A stretch of DNA of 64,000 bases from Octopus sinensis (taxonomy: Eukaryota): positions 37,014,001-37,078,000 of the forward strand of contig NC_043013.1 in NCBI RefSeq assembly GCF_006345805.1, given 5' to 3'. The notes below the pieces were generated by a model. The model was given only the letters and a program-made list of their open reading frames with translations, searched no databases and was not told the DNA's origin. Every line of letters starts with the position of its first letter. Position 1 is the first letter of the stretch. Both the position numbers and the translations under genes were made by a program. Below are positions 56,601 through 64,000 of this stretch, one piece after another.

Positions 56601-57049
56601 TGAGGGTAATATTTTCTGAGAACGCACAAAAGTCCTTTTCAGAGTTATTTACTTTGAATTGCTACTATCTCCTATCTGATTAGCCTGTTATTACGTAACA
56701 TGCTTCATGATTATAGTATAGATACCTTATGAGTATTTCCTCCTATGTTCTATATACTCTGGGAACGCATGAAAGCCCTTTTCGGGGCTACTTTATTTGA
56801 ATTATTACTATCGGGTAACTAATTTCATGCTATTAATATAACTCACTTCACAATTTGGATATTCATAACTTATTGCTAATTCCTAAAAACAAGATCCTGT
56901 ATAAGTCAGTTCGGTATTCTCTGTAATTATACAAAAAACATTTTAAGGGCTACACACTTCGTGTTGTTATTGGATTAGCGAAATAATTATGATAACGCAA
57001 TCAAGGCATACGCTCCGGTTTCCCGGGAATTATCGCGTATATCAGCTAG

Positions 57050-57098
<49 letters not shown>

Positions 57099-59406
57099 CA
57101 GATGTTAGGCTATTTGCTTTACAGCTAAGGTTTATCTCTTTCAGTGCTCAAGGTTTTCCGATGGATGCTAATCATGTAACTTATGAAGTTACATTCTCAA
57201 CTATGACGTAATAGCACCGGGCTATTTTTGCAGTTCACTATTTAATTACTCACTAGAATTTTTATTGAATACTTCTTGCTTTAGATTATAGCATTCAATT
57301 AAACATAGCCTTTCTTTTTTGCTACTATTCTATAATGGAAATAGTTTTCGAGACACTCTATAATTGTATATTGTTGAATTTAATATTGTCAGATATTTGT
57401 TTAGTGATTGCTCAGATGATAGACGCGAAGTGGCGTTGACGTCATTGAATAAAATATTATATAACATTAATCGACTATAAATCACAATGACTGTACTCAT
57501 TTATGCCTAACATTAATAACATAAGCAGCAGCAACATAATACTTGTGTGATGAGGCTGGATAAGAAGTGGATAAAGCGGCTATAAAACGTCGAATTACCA
57601 AATAGTGCGGCTCTGCTGGTGGTCATAGAATCAATAATGATAAAAACAGCTATAGGATAAGAAAATAAAAATAGAAGACACTCGCTACTGTTAGGTACAA
57701 ACAACAAAGGGCGAGTCAAAGAAGCCCTCAGAGCCAGGGTTATCTTGATTATCAAGGACAAGTGCCCTCTTTCATCCGGGTCCCCATTTAACTGACGCAA
57801 ATTGAGAGTAGGTACATTCCAGGAGACCATGCTCATAGCTCTCACAAATTTTCAGTAATTTCAAGGGCGACTGATGATTCCCTTTGCAATGTCATGTTCT
57901 TGAGTTCCACGTAAACATGTGAAAGATATGTAAAAGAAAGTGTTTGCTTTCATTGCTTTCGATTATATTCAAAATACGTTCATTTTCAAAATACCCGGAC
58001 AAAAAACTGTGTGCTCTTCATTCCTTCCGGATACCAAAAGGTGATGGGGCAATCTTCAGGTTGATTTGTTGGTTAACTAGACAAGTTCTACATGCGACAA
58101 ATATAGTTCAAGTTAAAGTCATATCACTAATGTTCAGATACACTGTTTAAACATTCTATCATCATAAATCTGGTAATTTTTGGAGCGGTGAAATACACCG
58201 AATACATGGACCCCAGGCTCAACTGTTACTTCTTTTATCAACTCCGAATCGAGGAAACGCAACGTCGACCGCAGAAAAATTTGAGCAATAATTCGAGATT
58301 AAGAAAAGATGAAGAATAATGTTTTTAAATTTTGGAACAAGGTTAGCTATTTTAGGGGTATTGAGGTTAATTGATTACATCCAACCTGTTATTTCCCTGA
58401 TTCTGCACATTATCGACTCCGAAAAAATGGAAGGTAATGTAGACCAGGATGTTATTTGAAATTGAAAAGTCAAGATCCAAAATAAAGCGGGTAAGAACCT
58501 TGTCAGACACTCTAGTTATTCTGCCAACTCAACAAGTCAAAAAGTTACTCTCTGCAGTACACGAATTAAATAACATACGTGAAAAGGTTAAAAGGTAAAG
58601 TAAGGGTTTTTTGGTCATAGAAAAGATGTAGAAGATACAGGTAAATAACGTTTTCCGTTAACAACAGATATATATGTATGGTCTAACAATAACTATAATT
58701 CTTAATATTCTTTGTTCTAGAAGGTGCCAGCGTCTGTAATTATGGATATTTGTTATAGATATTAACCTATATCCGTTTTTATATGTAACGTGTAAATCTA
58801 TGTACTGGTATATTTTTCTATCCAATTATGTCATCTACTGATGGGTTAAGAGAAACATTGGCCGCTGCTATAATATTTCTAATTCAACGGCTAGTTCAGT
58901 GAAATGTCTGTCTTCATATAGCAACAGCAGAGCATCACAGCCATTTGATATTACTGTGTCAATAACTTGTACGCCAGTTTCAGTTTTGTCCTAGAAAACG
59001 ATGTCAAGTTTAATATGCTTTACCTGATAGCATGTCTATGTGCAAAACTATGTCATTTTATAAGACAGGCAGGTACATGAGTACCAGCATGTTCTATTTT
59101 TGAAACAAGAGAAATTATGTCGCTTGGCGTATGCTGAACAGTTATTCCTACGGTATTTTACCACGAAGTATTTTAGCAGACTAGTATAAGTGTACTTATA
59201 CAAAGTTTGAATATTCAGAAATTACTCCGCATAGACAAAAGTTTCTCAGCTGCATCATAAGAATTTCATATTTTACTTCAAATATATCTAGTGGTGATGA
59301 TGACCTCTTCCATTGTCAAGCAGGTCGTTGACACTCTCGCGTCATTTAATACGCATGCGCGCACACACATACACACTGAGGCACATACACTCACACATAA
59401 AACATA

Positions 59407-59998
59407 TCGAGCTGGCAGAAACGTTAGCACGCCGGACGAAATGCTTGACGGTAATTCGTCTGCCGCTACGTTCTGAGTTCAAATTCCTCCGAGGTCGACT
59501 GTGCGTTTCATCCATTCGGGGTCGATTAAATAAGTACCAGTTACGCACTGGGGTCGATGTAATCGACTTAATCCGTTTGTCTGTCCTTGTTTGCCCCCTC
59601 TGTGTTTAGCCCCTTGTGGGTAGTAAAGAACTAGGTAATTCGTCTGCCGCTACGTTCTGAGTTCAAATTCCGCCGAGGTCGTCTTTGCCTTTCATCCTTT
59701 CGGGGTCGATGAAATAAGTACCAGTTACGCACTGGGTCGATATAATCTACTTAATCCGTTTGTCTGTCCTTGTTTATCCTCTCTGTGTTTAGACCCTTGC
59801 AGGTAGTAAAGAAATAGGTATTCCATCTGCCTTTATGTTCTGAGTTCAAATCCCGTCGATGTCGACTTTACCTTTCATCCTTTCGGGGTCGATAAATTAA
59901 GTACCAGTTACGCACTGGGGTCGATGTAATCAACTTAATCTCTTTTTCCTTGTTTGTTCCCTCTATGTTGAGCTCCTTATGGGCAATAAAGAAATAAG
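59407..59998 (+). mobile_element. Head-to-tail SINE family A trimer
   Basis: Copy 1 at 59407-59633; copies 2 (from 59634) and 3 (from 59817) both begin at GGTA(A)TT..TCTGCC. Confidence 0.9.
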
Positions 59999-60062
59999 AT
60001 ACGTTCATATGTACAGGTACATTCTCATATATCTGTTTATGTATAAGTGTGTGTATGTATGT

Positions 60063-60096
<34 letters not shown>

Positions 60097-60498
60097 GTGT
60101 GTGTGTACGTGATTAAGCACATAAATGTAAAAAAAAAAGCGGTGGCAAGACAGTACTTGAATACCGGAGGTAGAGTAATGTGCGATATTATTAAAGCTGC
60201 AAAATCATCACAAAATATCACAAAAACAAAATTGCAAATCAAAGTTTCACGCTCCCGTTCGTCGGGCACTTGTGATCTAGAATGGAATTAAGACTGTGCT
60301 TGTACATATAATGTATATTTTGATATGATTCGCAAAGACCGTTAGTGAAATCAACCAATCAAATTCAAATGTGTATCTGGCAATGTCAGTAATAATAATA
60401 ATGATGATAATAATAATAATAATATAATAATAATAATAATAATATAATAATAATATAATAATAATAATAATAACTAACAAACACAACAACAGCGCAGC

Positions 60499-60550
<52 letters not shown>

Positions 60551-60586
60551 TAATAATATATTAATAATAATAATATTATTATTATA

Positions 60587-60620
<34 letters not shown>

Positions 60621-60640
60621 TATTATTATTATTATTATTA

Positions 60641-60785
60641 TAGGCGTAGGAGTGGCTGTGTGGTAAATAGCTTGCTTACCAGCCACATGGTTCCGGGTTC
60701 AGTCCCACTGCGTAGTATCTTGGGCAAGTGTCTAGAGCCGGCCTTGTGAGTGGATTTGGTAGACAGAACTGAAATCAGCCCTTCG

Positions 60786-60847
<62 letters not shown>

Positions 60848-61066
60848 GTATGTGGTTATATTTTCGTGTGTCGGTGTTTTGTCCCCTCAACTTTTGCTCA
60901 ACAACCGATGCTGGAGTTTTGCGTCCCCGTAACTTAACGGTTCAGCAAAAGAGACTGATAGAATAAGTACTAAGCTTACAAAGAATAAGTCCTGGCGTCG
61001 ATTTGCTCGACTAAAAAGCACTGCTCCAGCATGGCCACAGTCAAATAATTGAAACAAGTAACTGAG

Positions 61067-61067
<1 letters not shown>
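60641..61067 (+). mobile_element. Full-length SINE family B
   Basis: Head, CORE-like segment, internal (TA)n and tail all present. Confidence 0.88.
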
Positions 61068-61097
<30 letters not shown>

Positions 61098-61520
61098 AGC
61101 AAGTATTTTGCGTAGGATATGAGCAGTTCCCATGAGCACTATCTTCTGAATTTCTGCCATTCTTGGGTTTCCTGCTATCTGAGTTAGGTAGCAATCAGCC
61201 CCTTTTGCTATCATTCCCAGGGCACCTATGACAACAGGTATCGTTTTAGTCTTCAGGTTCCACATTTTGCTGATTTCTATTTCAAGATCTTTATATTTGC
61301 TCAGTTTTTGGTAGGTCTTGACAGATACGTTTATATCGATTGGGACAGTCATATCAGTGAGGAGGCATGTACTTTGTCTGAAGTCTTTCAATATGATGTC
61401 TGGCCTATTTGCATCTTTCTTTCTGTCAGTTTGAATGGTGAAGTCCCAGAGGAGTGAGATGTGGTCATTTTCAAGCACTGGAAATGGTTTGTGTTCCCAC
61501 CAGTGTTTTTCATGGGGCAA
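61098..61520 (-). mobile_element. R4/Dong-like LINE C-terminal fragment (restriction-like endonuclease) within (TAA)n
   Basis: Open frame LLWDFTIQTDRKKDANRPDIILKD..LLTDMTVP..KLSKYKDLEIEISKMW..PVVIGALG; TAA repeats on both sides. Confidence 0.9.
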
Positions 61521-61563
61521 ATTATTATTATTATTATTATTATTCTCATTATTATTATTATTA

Positions 61564-61681
<118 letters not shown>

Positions 61682-61685
61682 ATTA

Positions 61686-61738
<53 letters not shown>

Positions 61739-61739
61739 G

Positions 61740-62258
61740 AGTGAGAGAGCAGTTCATGCCATCAAAGTGACACTGGGGTAAAATATACGAAGCCCAATAT
61801 AACCATCATGACTACCCGTCTGATAAAGGTACACCAGGCACATGCATCACAACCATATGTGCGCGACATGGTGATCTCATATCAAGATAAACAGCACATG
61901 ACCTTGCAGGTGGGGCCCCAGTTAGAATTTTCTTCAGGTTGAGTAACCCATCCCGCTCAAACGGTCCCTGAATATGGGTTGCTTAAGGATGTTGAAAGAA
62001 CACCCATTGTTTTCCAGAGGTGAACTATTCAAACCCCAAAGAATCCCTCTCAACACATGGCTATGTGATGCCCCCCACTACTTCTGCTCGTGATCAGAGA
62101 TGCACATATCGTCAGCCACTAAGGGACATGCTCAACTGGTTATGGTCAAACAACTGACAAGCAAATCTGTGGTATTGAGCAGAATATTTGCTGTAGCCCA
62201 TCTTTTATACCAACTGTAGCCCATCTTTTATACCAACTGTAGCCCATCTTTTATACCA
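61740..62258 (+). mobile_element. Unclassified ~520-bp dispersed repeat with a triplicated 23-bp end
   Basis: Second copy at 23888-24069; CTGTAGCCCATCTTTTATACCAA three times at 62191-62258. Confidence 0.7.
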
Positions 62259-62639
62259 TTATTATTATTATTATTATTATTATTTTAAAATGAATGACGT
62301 AACTCTTCTCAATAGTAAACTGAGAAGACGAAAAGCGCGATGCAATTGTAGAAGATATTTTATTGGCTAAACGATATTTCGACTTCAAGCTTTTATTTGT
62401 CGAGGTCATAATGTGAAGTGATAAAAATTCTAAATTATAGAAATTTAAATTTAAATTATGAAAGAGAGTAACCAGCGTCCACACATTGATAGAATAACAT
62501 CATCAGCTTTGAAATTTCGATATTATAACAGACGAAAAGAAAAAGACAGAAGAACAAGGCAGTAAAAAAGAGGAGAGAAAAAAGAGAAAAAGAAGAATAT
62601 TTAATGAAATAATTTTGTACAAATTTGATGATTTTCTCC

Positions 62640-63175
62640 TGTCATTTTATTCATTCATTCAGGGCGTGATATTAATAACAAGCAAACATATTTCTCCTCA
62701 TGCATTTTGAGTGAAAGCAAAGCTGATTCGGAATATTTTATGAGAATAACCACCTTCAAGTCTTTTTCAAAATTGCAGATGTTTGAATCAAAATGTTCGG
62801 CTACTTCTGTCGAACAACTCTTATTGTGCCTGACGTCATATCTGGGCACATTTAGTCTTATGTTTAATTGTTCTGTTGTTATACAACTAACATAAATCAA
62901 GTTGTGTTTTATGCATTCTGCCGCGTACACCGAACGGGAATCTCAACATGTCCCGCCTTCTGTATAAATCATAACATTTCCGTTATGTTTCCTGATGGAA
63001 TTCACTCGATTCCTGATGATGCACAATGAACTGGGCTTATCTCTCCTGCGGCTGCTTTGCAAGGTACAGCGTGCAGATACTGCATGTTCATTTTCTTGGA
63101 GTCAGGAATACAGGTTAATAATTCTCTTATGTTCTTATTCTGTCTAAAGGCTACAATAGGCGGCTGATATTTCCT
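62640..63175 (-). mobile_element. Penelope-like element remnant (GIY-YIG endonuclease region)
   Basis: PPIVAFRQNKNIRELL (linker motif), then VYAAECIKHNLIYV..TTEQLNIRLN..R.D...VAEHF...DLKVVIL..E.KY...L.SRP (GIY-YIG pattern); frameshifted. Confidence 0.8.
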
Positions 63176-64000
63176 ACACATATACATACATACACACATA
63201 CATTTACTCATACAGACATGCATAGATACTGCTAATTATCGAACGAAGCTTATTCAAATGGCACGAGAATCTAATGATCTATTTCACACACACACAGACA
63301 CACACATACACACACACAGACACACATACACACACACGCACACACACATACACATACTAATAATAAATGATATTGCATGTTGATACTCTTGTAATTGGTA
63401 AAGAAATCACTGGATAGTTTCATAGATCTATTTGTAAACCTCGCGTAAATTGGCGGCAACATTCCATGTTATTCTCATTAGATTTCAAAACCTCTCGTGC
63501 TCTAAAGAGTTTTCAAAGAAATATTATTTATGTTTTCATTTCAAAATCATTCAAAACAAAAATTAAAGGTTTTATAAGAACTGGAATTGTCTTAGGGCAA
63601 AATCTTGAAGCAAAGAATTAAATACATTTTTGTGAGGAGACAAATACCAGAGGCAGAGTTTAACTATTATGCTTTTTTAAATTTTTTATATAGTTTCACT
63701 AATTAGTACTTTGTATCCTGGAAGTTTTTCTCCTGTTTATTGCATTTCGAAATAAAGTGCAGAATACCAGAGAGTATATATATATGTGCACGCGTATGCA
63801 TGTGAGTGTTTGTTAGACTGTGAGAGTGTGAGAGTGTCTATGTGTGTGTATGCTAATGAATGCGAGAGAGGATTAAAAAGTGGTAATGCAAGAAATTGAA
63901 TGACTTTTATTTTTATTTTTTTTAATATTTGTTAATCAGAGATTTTAGGTACAACAGTGTTGTTGAAGAGAACGAATGAATTTCAATGCCTAGTAGGTTA

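Noticed and set aside
57513-57845. SWNVPTLN resembling the first APE endonuclease motif
   Set aside because: No downstream APE motifs found

Overview
AT-rich, microsatellite-saturated animal genomic DNA (intronic or intergenic). The SINE families and the repeat load suggest an octopus or other cephalopod; this is inference, not a database result. No host protein-coding gene is recognisable, only two weak exon candidates, and almost all ORF-track entries are microsatellite translations. The window is a mosaic of tRNA-derived SINEs (families called A, B and C here), decayed mariner/Tc1 elements and MITEs, and LINE fragments (CR1, R4/Dong-like, Tx1/L1-like, RTE, and a Penelope-like GIY-YIG remnant). 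The main result is three non-coding insertions with no obvious sequence similarity to each other, each carrying a type I hammerhead ribozyme (HHR) and each bounded by a candidate target-site duplication (TSD). They are a 403-bp unit with 38-bp terminal redundancy (4455-4895), a 353-bp head-to-tail trimer (36263-37325) and a ~530-bp unit arranged as a tandem plus inverted array (37415-39273). All intact cores have CUGANGA, a paired stem II, GAAA, a palindromic 8-mer minimal stem III, a GUC/GUA cleavage triplet and a paired stem I. This fits retrozyme-like circular-RNA retroelements mobilised by Penelope-like elements. Degenerate HHR-like motifs occur in further dispersed repeats. All alignments and folds were done by eye.
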